Shown: one piece after another, positions 11,591 to 24,288 of the stretch | Layout of the letters: each line of letters starts with the position of its first letter | Numbering within the stretch: position 1 is the first letter of the stretch | The notes under the pieces: model-generated | Databases searched by the model: none | What the model was told of the DNA's origin: nothing | What the model saw: the letters and a program-made list of their open reading frames with translations, nothing else | Program-made: the position numbers and the translations under genes | From: Hormiphora californensis | Taxonomy: Eukaryota; Animalia; Ctenophora | DNA length: 64,000 bases | NCBI GenBank assembly: GCA_020137815.1 | Contig: CM035356.1 | Location: 7,254,001-7,318,000 of the forward strand | Reading direction: 5' to 3'

Positions 11591-13759
11591 CACGGTGCCC
11601 CTGAAGGACGTTCCACCTCGACCGAGCCCCCCAAAAAAACGAACGGTTGTGTGACCTAAAGGGGACCTCTGGGAACTACGCAGGACCGTGGGGGAAAATA
11701 TATCATAGTAGCCTAAGGAGAAAATCGCATTTTCCCTCACACTGGCCAAATTCTACATTCCACACTTTCAAATCTTATTTTTTCGGCCAAAATCAAGTCA
11801 CCCTAGGGTTTTTTGACACGCCGAATCGATTGCCGCTAGAATTGGAACTCTAAATCCACGGCAACATTGTTAAAATGGCGTTTTTTGGGGGTTTTTTTGC
11901 GCTTTTTTGCCCTGAACTGCATTTATATGACGAGTGAGACTTCTGACTATATTTTTAAAGTGTTCCTCGGTCGATTTTCTTCCCGATTCCAAATTTTTGT
12001 GAAAATCGGTTACCAAGTAGATAAACTGTTAAAAATACAGCACTAATGAAAAATGACTGTTTCAGATGAGAACAATGTGACGCTCATACCTTTCCAAGTA
12101 GATCTCTTCCCAGGCAAGAAACAGTGCTACTGGTCGATCAAAACATGACTTCTACATTCCCTAGAGGATAGGAGGGAGTGGAACATGGTGAGTACAAAAT
12201 TAAAATTGATTGCCAAGTTACATTAATTGTTAGACAGGATTAAATGTACGCAACCGGGTATAAAAAATTAAAAGTGTAAATGGTATAGTCATAAATAGTT
12301 TGTAATGCTGTGAGTCTATACATGAGAAGCGTTATAAGCTAGCCCCGCTCTTCCCAGCTGCAGTTTGTAGTGGGGCGAGGTCATGTTGTTCACTTTGTAG
12401 TTGGACCACAGTGCATTCCAACTAGAATGTGCGTTCTCCAGCTCCTGCTCGGAGAACATCCCTAGAGGCCTACCCAAGTTATAATCTATGAACTCCTCCA
12501 AATGTTCCTCAATGATGTGGAACTTGGTGGTGGTGGATGTTCCATAGTAGGCCCTAAGTGTGGAGAGGCAATCCCTGAACTCCTGTATTGCCGACCTGTA
12601 TCCTGATTGGAGAGAGGGTGGTAGATGCTACATTCGGACCATGATTTAGTGGCACCCCAATTTAGTGGCATCCCGATTTAGTGGTCAAAACCCTTTCCCG
12701 CAAGGATGTCCGAATGTAGCATCTACCACCCTCTCTCCAATCAGGATACAGGTCGGCAATACAGGAGTTCAGGGATTGCCTCTCCACACTTAGGGCCTAC
12801 TATGGAACATCCACCACCACCAAGTTCCACATCATTGAGGAACATTTGGAGGAGTTCATAGATTATAACTTGGGTAGGCCTCTAGGGATGTTCTCCGAGC
12901 AGGAGCTGGAGAACGCACATTCTAGTTGGAATGCACTGTGGTCCAACTACAAAGTGAACAACATGACCTCGCCCCACTACAAACTGCAGCTGGGAAGAGC
13001 GGGGGCTAGCTTATAACGCTTCTCATGTATAGACTCACAGCATTACAAACTATTTATGACTATACCATTTACACTTTTAATTTTTTATACCCGGTTGCGT
13101 ACATTTAATCCTGTCTAACAATTAATGTAACTTGGCAATCAATTTTAATTTTGTACTCACCATGTTCCACTCCCTCCTATCCTCTAGGGAATGTAGAAGT
13201 CATACGTTTTGATCGACCAGTAGCACTGTTTCTTGCCTGGGAAGAGATCTACTTGGAAAGGTATGAGCGTCACATTGTTCTCATCTGAAACAGTCATTTT
13301 TCATTAGTGCTGTATTTTTAACAGTTTATCTACTTGGTAACCGATTTTCACAAAAATTTGGAATCGGGAAGAAAATCGACCGAGGAACACTTTAAAAATA
13401 TAGTCAGAAGTCTCACTCGTCATATAAATGCAGTTCAGGGCAAAAAAGCGCAAAAAAACCCCAAAAAACGCCATTTAAACAATGTTGCCGTGGATTTAGA
13501 GTTCCAATTCCAGCGGCAATCGATTCGGCGTGTCAAAAAAACCCTAGGGTGACTTGATTTTGGCCGAAAAAATAAGATTTGAAAGTGTGGAATGTAGAAT
13601 TTGGCCAGTGTGAGGGAAAATGCGATTTTCTCCTTAGGCTACTATGATATATTTTCCCCCACGGTCCTGCGTAGTTCCCAGAGGTCCCCTTTAGGTCACA
13701 CAACCGTTCGTTTTTTTGGGGGGCTCGGTCGAGGTGGAACGTTCTTCAGGGGCACCGTG
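11591..13759. mobile_element. 2.17-kb foldback Chapaev-like (CMC) element carrying the transposase C-terminus in both arms
   Basis: CACGGTG...CACCGTG termini with a 4-bp CAGA TSD. Arms are 11591-12639 and 12708-13759. They encode TKFHIIEEHLEEF...LGMFSEQELENAH...YNASHV*; the right arm has a 1-bp frameshift. Confidence 0.8.
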
Positions 13760-14146
13760 CAGAGTTGCCAAACTATAATATATGTACTATGTAGCTTATA
13801 GTGTCATAGCAGCTATCGTATGATACTGATAGTGCTAAAGTCTTTACCTACACAGCTATTTAGTTATGATGACAGCTATGATAAAAACCTACAGCTCTTT
13901 AGTTAAAAAGTACTGTAACCTCTTTGGTATAGACACTTCAGCACCTTACAACTCACAACTCAAACTCTTTACCAGACTCTCAAATCGGGCAAACGTTTGC
14001 AAACAACTGTTTTTACATGAAGAATGTGGCAGGAGAAGCTGCTTCCCTGCCTAGTTAGGAAACAGCAGAGGTGTCAACACGCATTGCCTAGAAAGAACTC
14101 ACCGCCCAACAGCGTAGTGCACAATAATTATACATGCAAGAAAGGA

Positions 14147-14235
<89 letters not shown>

Positions 14236-14240
14236 TATAG

Positions 14241-14335
<95 letters not shown>

Positions 14336-14464
14336 TAGAGATAGAAGGAATAACATGAGGATACACAAATGCAAGCCGCAAAGTAACTTCGTGAGAGGCC
14401 CAAGCAATGTACTATATCAACGATGAAGAAGTAATGAATAAAATACTAATGGGCCAATGATGTA

Positions 14465-15338
14465 CCGTGTGCGGCAAAAAAAAAGCCCCCCTAGACCACC
14501 ATAGTTGCCGATGTGGTGGAGAGCTGTAACTTGGCAGGGTTGCTCCACTATGTCTATCTTGATCCTGACAGAAAAATCAGAGCTCTAGCTCAAAATTCAT
14601 TTTTTTGATAGGAATGAACATTGTCATTCATTCCAAGAAAAAAATATTTTCGGTCCAGAATTCAAGCAATTATCTTTGGCCATCGATTAGCTTTCCAATG
14701 TGACCAAGATCATCTAAATTGGGCAACCACAAGAGACACAGTGTCATCTTTCTTAAATTTAATCAGGTCATGTGATCTTCACCGAATCGTTGAGTGTTCA
14801 GTATTACGAATCGGTCTAAGTGGTAGAGAATCACGTATCACGGCTACTAATGAGGGATGACGATGCTGATTGGTCATGAGATCTGTAGCTCTTTGATAAA
14901 TGTCCTCTTTCCTCGAATCACATTACCCTGTATTGGTACACATACCTCATTAGCGGCCGTGATACGAGATTCCTCTGCCCATTGGCTCGATTAGCAATCC
15001 CGGATAATCAACGATTCGGTGAAGATCACATGACCTGACTAACTTTAAGAAACATGACACTGTGTCTCTTGTGGTTGCCCAATTTAGATGATCTTGGTCA
15101 CATTGGAAAGCTAATCGATGGCCAAAGATAATTGCTTGAATTCTGGACCGAAAATATTTTTTTCTTGGAATGAATGACAATGTTCATTCCTATCAAAAAA
15201 ATGAATTTTGAGCTAGAGCTCTGATTTTTCTGTCAGGATCAAGATAGACATAGTGGAGCAACCCTGCCAAGTTACAGCTCTCCACCACATCGGCAACTAT
15301 GGTGGTCTAGGGGGGGGGCTTTTTTTTGCCGCACACGG
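14465..15338. mobile_element. Tc1/mariner-like MITE with long TIRs
   Basis: TA|CCGTGTGCGGCAAAA...TTTTGCCGCACACGG|TA, with inverted arms longer than 320 bp. Confidence 0.85.
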
Positions 15339-16054
15339 TACCTCCACATGAAACGACCACAAGAATCATGTTATTTAGAAATGTGGGTTATCAACATAGC
15401 ACCCATTACATTATTGGGTGTGCTAGTGATATTAAAATCCAGGCAGGGGCCAATCATTTGACAGTGAATGGATCTCGGGAACCTGACTTGAAATTAAAAT
15501 GGAAAAGAGAAGATCACATCTGGTTCTGCTTTCTAATAATACAGGGCGGGGGCTCGAAGACAGTAGTATTTGCAGTATCATATAATACAGTGGGGAGAGG
15601 GGGGGGGGGGTACTGTTATACACAAATCAGGGGGAGTGCTCAGTGCAGTGTAACAACACAAATTGACCTTCATGCCATGGTCAATGATAATTGATAAGGC
15701 ATTATGTACTAGTAGAGTGATTGGAGGAAGATAGTTTAGGAGCGACTGCAACCGACCTGTCAGTTATAGTGGTAGACGGTCATCAAATAATGTGTGAGAC
15801 GAATGTTTGTGAATGAGTTGTTGTAACTCTTTGACCGCTTGTTAAGAGTGAAACAGCCATGTGTGTGCAGTGTGTGCTAAGATCGCGTAACTGTATGATC
15901 TCTACAAAACAATGAAACTAAGAGCTCATACACCGGGGTTGCAGGGAGCTTGCTCTACATAATCAATGAGACTACTGTTATACATAAAGAGGAAGTGAGT
16001 AAGAGAGAGTGAGAGAGAGTAAGAGGGAGAGAGAGAGAGTAAGAGGGAGAGAGA

Positions 16055-16132
<78 letters not shown>

Positions 16133-16189
16133 GTGAGAGAGAGTGAGAGAGAGTAAGAGGGAGAGACAAGGAAAGACATTGTCTCAAAC

Positions 16190-17493
16190 TTATCTCTGGT
16201 CAATCTTCTTACTCAACAAGATTTCTTTCGTAAGCATCCAATAATTTATTCTTTGCACTCCTTCGGATAACCTAGATATCTAAACGGTCCCTCGCAAATC
16301 CGCGCATGCGCACTAACTTACTTCCTGACTAACCACCTTTTCCTGACCTTCCTCGGTGTGCCCGATATACGCCCGGGCTGAGAAAATGCCGGGGAAATAA
16401 AACGGTAGTCAATGGTGGGAGAAATTAAAAAGATTGCTACTTACTTGCCTCCCTCAGTGCTACGAAATAACGTGCTGGCCACTGTTGCTACTATGACTGA
16501 CGCCACCATGGTTCTTATACCCCGCTAAAATAGGGGATGGAGATATTGGATCACTACACAGCTGCACTGGGTTTCTCAACAAAACAACTACTGTTGTATT
16601 TCTAGGACAGACAATGATTGGGCACAACACTATATATCGTAATGTCTTCAATTTGACGGCAGCTACTCATTACACATGTTTGTGAGGAACAAGTCTTCCT
16701 GCTTCCCTTACTCAATAACTTCCTGCAGCAGTGTCGATCCAAGCAAAGAAAGCAAGCTCGAATACACATTTTGTGGAATGTGTCACTAGTCATATCAACT
16801 ATAAGTTATATAGTCTATAACGTATCACTACAACTCAGCAGAGAGTTCCTTCTAACGGGCCTGATTTTAGTAGACATGAAGCTCATCCCTAAAGCAGTAA
16901 AGCAGTAAATTGGAATACACACATGGAGGGCACAACACATAATCCCCTAGGTTATACGTAGTGCTGCTGAAACTAACTGGTTTAAACAAGAACTTTCTAC
17001 CTTCTCTCTTCCCATGTTCCAGGTGTTTATAGGATGGCCAGGGGATGCCCCAATTAAAATAACAAATTACCACACTCTCGTGTTTCCTAGTGTACTTAGT
17101 AACCCCAACTATCCCCCACCAGCTTAGTAACCCTTACAATAATGTATGAGAAAATACTAAATTAGGACCAACCATATAATTGGCTGTTTTGTTACTGGGA
17201 ATAGTACAGCTGTTCAGGAGTGGGTCAAAAGCTACATCATGATATTGGATATAGAAACGGGATCACACCTCTGAGTTGAATATTTTTCAACACTCCCAGT
17301 TTAATTACATAATTAATTGGTTAATTACCTGTACTAATTAGTTAACTACCTGTACTGGTATTGATGGGGGTGTTGGTCTTTCCACGCCATCCTCCAAGAC
17401 ACACACACAGAGTGGAAGCTGTCGTGATCACAGTTCACACCAAGTACTCGCACAAACAAGGGCGAGAGAGACTATACTAATGGACAATCATAT

Positions 17494-17589
<96 letters not shown>

Positions 17590-20500
17590 GTGCTTCCCCA
17601 AAATGGGTGTCTTCTGCTTGTCATATCAATATCATTAGACGACGACACGTGCCGCACTCATATTGGGTCGTACTTGGAGCGGACCATTTCAGTTTTTGCG
17701 GCGCCTCCTTGGCCAGGCAACTCCATTAGACCAGGAACAGATAATGCACTTGGTCATGATATGTTAGTTGAGATCGGGGGAGACGAGAAAGAGTTTAGAA
17801 AACAATTAAATATGCAAGATAACAGCCACCACGGTTTCTAATTGGCTTTACGAATGGCGAATATCCTAATTCCTTTATCGTTTATCGGAGACATCTAGGC
17901 TCGAAGTGCCTAATTATGTAAACGGCACTCTCCTAATGACAGGTAAGGGAAAAGTACCAGATTAATATTTCGGTTGGATAAAAAATACCATTTATCTTTG
18001 GTCGGGCGGGTCATCCTCCAGACGCACCATCTAGTCCTACAGACAATTTAACCAAGAAACAACGACAACGAACAAACAAACTGACATATATAACATGAAA
18101 GTGATAGGAACAAACTGACCTATCATGAAAGTTCTGGAAATAAAGCCTCTCATCCATCTTTATCTCTGCTATCAGCCTCTTCATTTTAGCAGGTGTCATC
18201 CCCTCCGACATTAGTTGATATTGCAGGACTGATATCTGACGTTTTGGCCAGGATATTGAGCGGGGTCCGGCGTGAAGTCTGTTAACGAACTTCTCCACTT
18301 GTAGAATCGTCTGAAATAGGTTGTAGGAGTTATAGAGGGACATGGGGGTTGGCTTTTGGGTAGAGGGGAGTTATAGAGGAATTGGTGAAATCTGGGGGGG
18401 GGGGGTTATAGCGATGAGTGGATACTAAGGTGGGGGAATAAATCAATTGAAAGCCATGGGTTCTGGGGTAGCTGAAAATTGTAGAGATGTTGCGGGGGTT
18501 AGAAAAATGCAGTGGAAAGACCCGGATATCTCCTTACTTAGGGTAGCGACTGGCTATTTGAAATGGCGGCTAATTTGATACACCCCCTCTATAACAGGCC
18601 AGCAGGTGTACCAGATTTGGACTTTTAGACATCAGTGGGCTTGGCATGAGTTCTAGCTAGCCCACTGATGTCTAATAGTCCAAATCTGGTGCACCTGCTG
18701 GCCTGTAGAGGGGGTGTTTCAAATTAGCCGCCATTTCAAATAGCCAGTCGCTACCCTAGAGAATGGGATAAAATTGATAGGGGTACGAAATTCAACTTGA
18801 TGCTTAACTTTTTTAAACCCAATTAGACTTACGGAATTTGCCAAAATTTAAGAAACAAAAAACACCACTCAAAGAGATTTCAAATTCAAAGATCTGGCGA
18901 CCCAAAGAATATATATTATAGTCTGAGTTTAGCTTGCTGACTGCTGTTCATCAGCAAAAAAAAATACGATCATAATTTTTTGATAAGAGAGCTTAATCGT
19001 CGACAACAAACAAATTAGCTCGCGAAATTGCCCAGTAATTGACGATATAGCGGGGGGTGCGACATGTTAATTTTGTTAACTTTGTTAATATTAACATCGA
19101 GAAAACAGGTGATTTATTAACAAAATTAACAAAAAGTTAACAAACGTTAACAAATGCCATTTATGCCATCTAAATCACCTTTAGCACGTGTTTTTGGTAT
19201 TTAACACTTGTTCTGCGAGCAAAGTTGTTCCTTTTGCACGATTTGCACACTCCTACTAACCTCTACTACGGCTTTTCTACAGCGATTTGTTCCATTGTGT
19301 AAATTTTAATAAAAACTAGCCAAACTAAACCGCAATTGAAGTCAATTGACCCTAATCCACCTTTTTTAAACCCTAAAAACTAATTGAGACTCATGAATTT
19401 ACCATAAAACAACAAGAATTATTGCATTATGTATTCATAATGCTGTGTTTCCCTGCCCTACCGTTTCACATGTCAGTGACATTGTCACTGCCAACAGGAT
19501 CAAGGCTTGGTCATAATGTAATGTGAGATGCATACGATCTAGCTGTCAGTATACTTCTCACATAGCTTAGAGTTAGCTAACTCCCAATCACATGACACTT
19601 GCTAACCAGCTTTTGACATTCCAACTTAACTACTTATCTAACATCTCACACTCGACTCGCAAGATGAAAATGTGTATGTAACACGCGAAACGCGCGGCAG
19701 AGCATTTCATGTTTTGTTGAGTGGCGCGCGCACACACGTCCATCAAATTGTGTCAATGAGGTGTTTGATGAAGGAGTAGCTCGTCACTGTGCGCGCGGCT
19801 CTAGTTGCTACACCGTTGCCCTCGCAACGAAAGTGTGACCAAAAAATGTCCCTCTACCGATTAGTTAGTATACCAAAATGTCGTTTTCGAATTCTAACCC
19901 TGCTATGCCTTTTTACAAAGTAAAAAGGCATCCGGGTGAATGCCTTCGGCATTCACCCGGGCAGGGAAAAAATACCCCAAAAATCAATTTTTCTAAAAAA
20001 ACACAAGGATTTGTAGCGAAGCAAATTTTCAATTTTTGACCAAAAAATTGATTTTGGAAATATTTTGTTTCTTTTTCCGACAGAAACGTTGTACATCATC
20101 TTCTTTCGTTCAAAGAATCGATTATCGATGAAAAAATCACGTTAAAGTGAGATTTTATACGCTAAATTGAAATATTTGTAACTTTTGGATTTTATCGATT
20201 TTGAGCCAAAATTAAAACATGTATGTCGGACTTTGGTTATCGGAAGAGGCCTTGTTTGGGTTTATGTGTTAGAAAAGTCATTAAACTATAAAATTAAACC
20301 AGTTAAAGTCGTATTATCAACCAATAAGAACAGTTTTTGCTGATTTGTTAACTTTGTTAATTTTGTTAATTAACGTTAATTAACAAAATCGAAAAAAAGA
20401 GGTGATTTATTAACAATTAACATGTCGCCCCCCCCCCCGATATAGCTCAAAAACTGTCTGAGCATTGTCCTGACCCTATTCTCAGGAACAGCGGTCAGGG

Positions 20501-20809
20501 CAGTGGGCTGACCCTATTCTCAGGAACAGCGGTCAGAGCATTGGCCTGAGAGTACAAACACACGTGTACCTGAAGTGGTCGTTCTTGTGTCTGGACGGGA
20601 TCACTTTTTAGAAGGACCCTGAAGGTACTGTTCTGAAGATGATCGTCCGTGTTGATGAAGGATGGAACTTCACCGTTGGAAGGAAGGTCTGCTATAGATG
20701 ACACTTTTCTAATGGGCTCCTCCTCCTCCTCCTCCCCAGGTAAGGGACCAAGTGGGGGTGAATCGGTGCTGCAGTGGGCAATCATTGGATCGATATCATC
20801 AAGAGACAT
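16190..20809 (-). CDS. Uncharacterised multi-exon protein-coding gene (exons 20809-20570, 18310-18120, 17418-17350, unresolved middle exons, about 16524-16445 and about 16271-16190)
   Basis: The first three exons join with canonical GT-AG and correct phase (MSLDDIDP...ERPLQ|TILQVEK...FHD|SFHSVCVSWRMAW). The middle and last exons are tentative. No domain recognised. Confidence 0.55.
18541..18756. mobile_element. Palindromic MITE
   Basis: GGGTAGCGACTGG...CCAGTCGCTACCC, arms of about 100 bp, TA on both flanks. Confidence 0.8.
19052..20438. mobile_element. Poly-G-ended non-autonomous DNA transposon with 8-bp TSD
   Basis: GATATAGC|GGGGGGTGCGACATGTTAATT...AATTAACATGTCGCCCCCCCCCCC|GATATAGC, with subterminal TTAACAAA repeats. 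Confidence 0.85.
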
Positions 20810-22765
20810 GGTGATGGAAACTCGGCCACTGAAACAAAAATTAAATGTAGAGTTTTGTTCGATCTGTGTAATTTTAACACAAATAATTCTAACTTTAAAT
20901 TGAAAGTATCTTTAGTTTTACTAGGAGGACGCTTGTTGTAGGACAGATTTACAGAGACAAGAGCAAGGTAGCATGAATGTCGCAATGATAGTTACAAGAA
21001 GGGAGGGAAAGAGAGTCTCTCAGAGAGAAAAGGAGAGAGAGAATCAAAGGGAGAGAACTGAGAAGATGGCCGTTTAGAGTGACAGGGTGTATGGGGGTCT
21101 AGAACAATTTTACAATTTGAAAATTGCAATATTTCCTTACACACTGCAATCTGCTAAACAATCTCCTAAACAGTAAACGCTTGATGGGGCTGCCATGACA
21201 GTATTACTCGGCCGATTCTCTCTCTAAGTCTATCATGTCCCAAACGTGTTTCCTGTGTGTAATGAATATTATGCAATTAACTCGTTTTGACAATTTCCTA
21301 CACGTGCAACATGTAATGGTAACATCATAGTGTGTAATCAACCTAACTAACTATTTCTTTGAAACCTTTGCTGAGTAAAATTAAAGGAGGACCAGGTACT
21401 ATAGCAGACAACTGAGCTGCAGGGACATGAAGTTCATGATGAACACACCCACTTGTCCCCTAGTATTGTCTTTTGAGATACAAAGAGACTGAGAGTGTGT
21501 TAAACGTATAAAATATATTGCCAAATGAGGCAAAAACCAGGAAAGAATTTCAAATATGTAGTGAGTGATGAGAGACAACCAACTATGGTAATCGGTTTGG
21601 AGCTGATATTGATTGCACGTGTACGTGATAATTCTGATATCCCGATGTCATTTCAGGATACAATTCATCGAACACGTTGAAACGGAAGGCAAGATCAGAT
21701 TGATCATAATTGTGTATGACAAGCTAATATAAGCGGTGATCAAAGAAAGTTTCATTCATGGCTAGTAATGAGTGAGATATGAAATAAGGCAACATAATAA
21801 AAATGTCAACGACACTTTCATTGAAGTTAGGGCACGTCATTGGGTGGGATAAATTTCGTTTAATTGAAGCGATATTAGAAATTGGAAGAAAAGACTTATT
21901 TTAGTGGGTGTGGACTGTTATGTGGAATCTCTTACACAGCATGAACAATAGAGTGCATGAGGTGAACAGCTCGGGAATAAAGGTTCAATAATAAAGGGAA
22001 CAAATAGGGCTCTATAATATCATGAGGATGCGAGTTATAAGAGCCAGTAAACACTCCGACAAAGCAGGAAATGAAATGTACAGAGAGGGACGTGCGATAA
22101 TAACGGCCAACGCGGCCTGATAGGTATAATAGAGGAAAGAGAGAAAAATTACAAGTTAAAAAGATAACTCTTGGATCAAGATCAGCTAACTGGTGGTAGA
22201 CTTAGACTCTCTTTTTTGATATCCCTCTCTATTTTTTCGGGTCAGCATCTCTATCTCTCCCACCTTCTCTCGGTATCTATCATAGCTTAGGTACCACCTA
22301 ATATCACAACTACAATTTGACCTCAATCCTTCACTCTCGATAGATCAAATTTTGATGTTTGAGTCATTCAAAATGTATTCAATTGCAATAATAACTTGTT
22401 TCAAGGACAAGGCTTCACAAATATGTTCAATCTATAAGTTCGACTAATGCTATCAACACAGTTTTTCCAAAAAATCTCCCTGCATCAGGAGTAGTACAGG
22501 TTGGAGAAAGCTGTGAAAGAAGTCGTAAAAATTCAGGAATTAATGTTCTCTGTGACGTCAGAATCGCACTTGGTCCATTAGACCATTGCATGTTTATAGT
22601 ATCTCTCTTTCCCCCTCTATCCTTCTATCTTCTCTCAATCTCCCTTTCTCCACCCATCTATGTTCTCTCAATCTCTTTTTCGCCATACACATAACTCAAT
22701 AATATTTCAACAAAGGTTGCAGGTGCAGATAGTTACTGACCGAGTTTCCCACAGGAATAGAGAGA

Positions 22766-22928
<163 letters not shown>

Positions 22929-23207
22929 AAGAGAGAGAAAGAGAGAGAAAGAGAGAAAGAAAGAAAGTTGCTGAAAACTATATGAGGGGATAGAAAAATG
23001 AGAGAGTAGATGAGTTGAGAGATTGAAAATTAAAAGAAGAAAGGAGTTGCAGTAAGCAATCACACACACTCTGCAATTACTTGAACTGTATCGATGTTTA
23101 ATCATGTCAATATGACAAAGAAGAATATCTCGAAACTCATTCTAAGCTACGATGACCATTGACCGAGTTGATTATCTAGACGATATTTTTAGACGAGCTC
23201 ATTAATA

Positions 23208-23520
23208 GGGGGGGTGACACGTAACACTTTGTAACACTTTGTAACATGTAACGTGCACAAAATATTTTCTGCACATGTTACAAAGTGTTACAAGCGTTAC
23301 AAAGTGTTACAAAGTGTTACAAAGTGTTACAAAATGTTGCAAAATGTTGCAAAATGTTGCAAAAAATGCCCATTTTGTAACATTTTGTAACACTTTGTAA
23401 CATTTTGTAACACTTTGTAACACTTTGTAACACTTTGTAACACTTTGTAACATGTAACGTGCACAAAAAGTTTTCTGCACATGTTACAAAGTGTTACAAA
23501 GTGTTACGTGTCACCCCCCC
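23208..23520. mobile_element. Poly-G-ended foldback MITE filled with 10-bp GTAACACTTT repeats
   Basis: GGGGGGGTGACACGTAAC...GTTACGTGTCACCCCCCC, with a degenerate TSD (ATTAATA/CTTAATA). Confidence 0.8.
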
Positions 23521-24288
23521 CTTAATATCGTCTAGACGATATTATTCTTTGTATATTTTTCATGCTATTCTCGATTAGAATTAACTATTGACCTGTCAGG
23601 CCAATGCTCTGACCACAGTTCTCACACGCTCGAGAGAAACGAGAATGGGTCAGGCCAATGCTCTGACCCACAATTAGGCTAAGAAAAAAAAGGAATTATC
23701 AAACTTGAATTGGATAGACACGGGACAAGGTTGTTGAGTAACTCAACAACCACAAGGGGAAATTATTAAACTTACATTTCACTTTCCCAACTTCAAGATT
23801 ATGGATCAGGAATCTTGTTACTCTCATAGCGCCATCTTATGATAGAGCTGTCTGGCGCCGCTGACCCCATCTGAGCGCACTGTCGCCATATAGTGATAGA
23901 GTTGCTCATGGATTGTATCATTCCCACACTTTTTATCAACATCATAGCGAGTCCTAAAAGGTCTTAGTGTTTAGGTGTATTTAGATGAAAACTGTAAATT
24001 CAATCGGACCCCGATTAACCGGACTGTTCAGGGGAAGAGGTAAACGCACGGTATCGATACTGCCCAACGAGACAGGGATCACATTCGGGTGAATCGGGGT
24101 CCGATATTGTGTTTTTTGTATATGTTTTAGAAAATAAGGCGTTATATAACGGTTGTATTAAAGATAAAACTTCACGTCACACATCACTGTAGCATGGCAG
24201 ATAATAATATAAAGTGTCAGCACTGTCTCTCTCTCTATTCAGCATCCTGGGGTTGCTATGGTAACCAGGGGGCGGTAACCAGGGGTAA

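Noticed and set aside
14104-14136. Possible sixth variable exon (ATG...GCG|GTGAGT, minus strand)
   Set aside because: Only 11 codons and phase 0, incompatible with the phase-2 acceptor.
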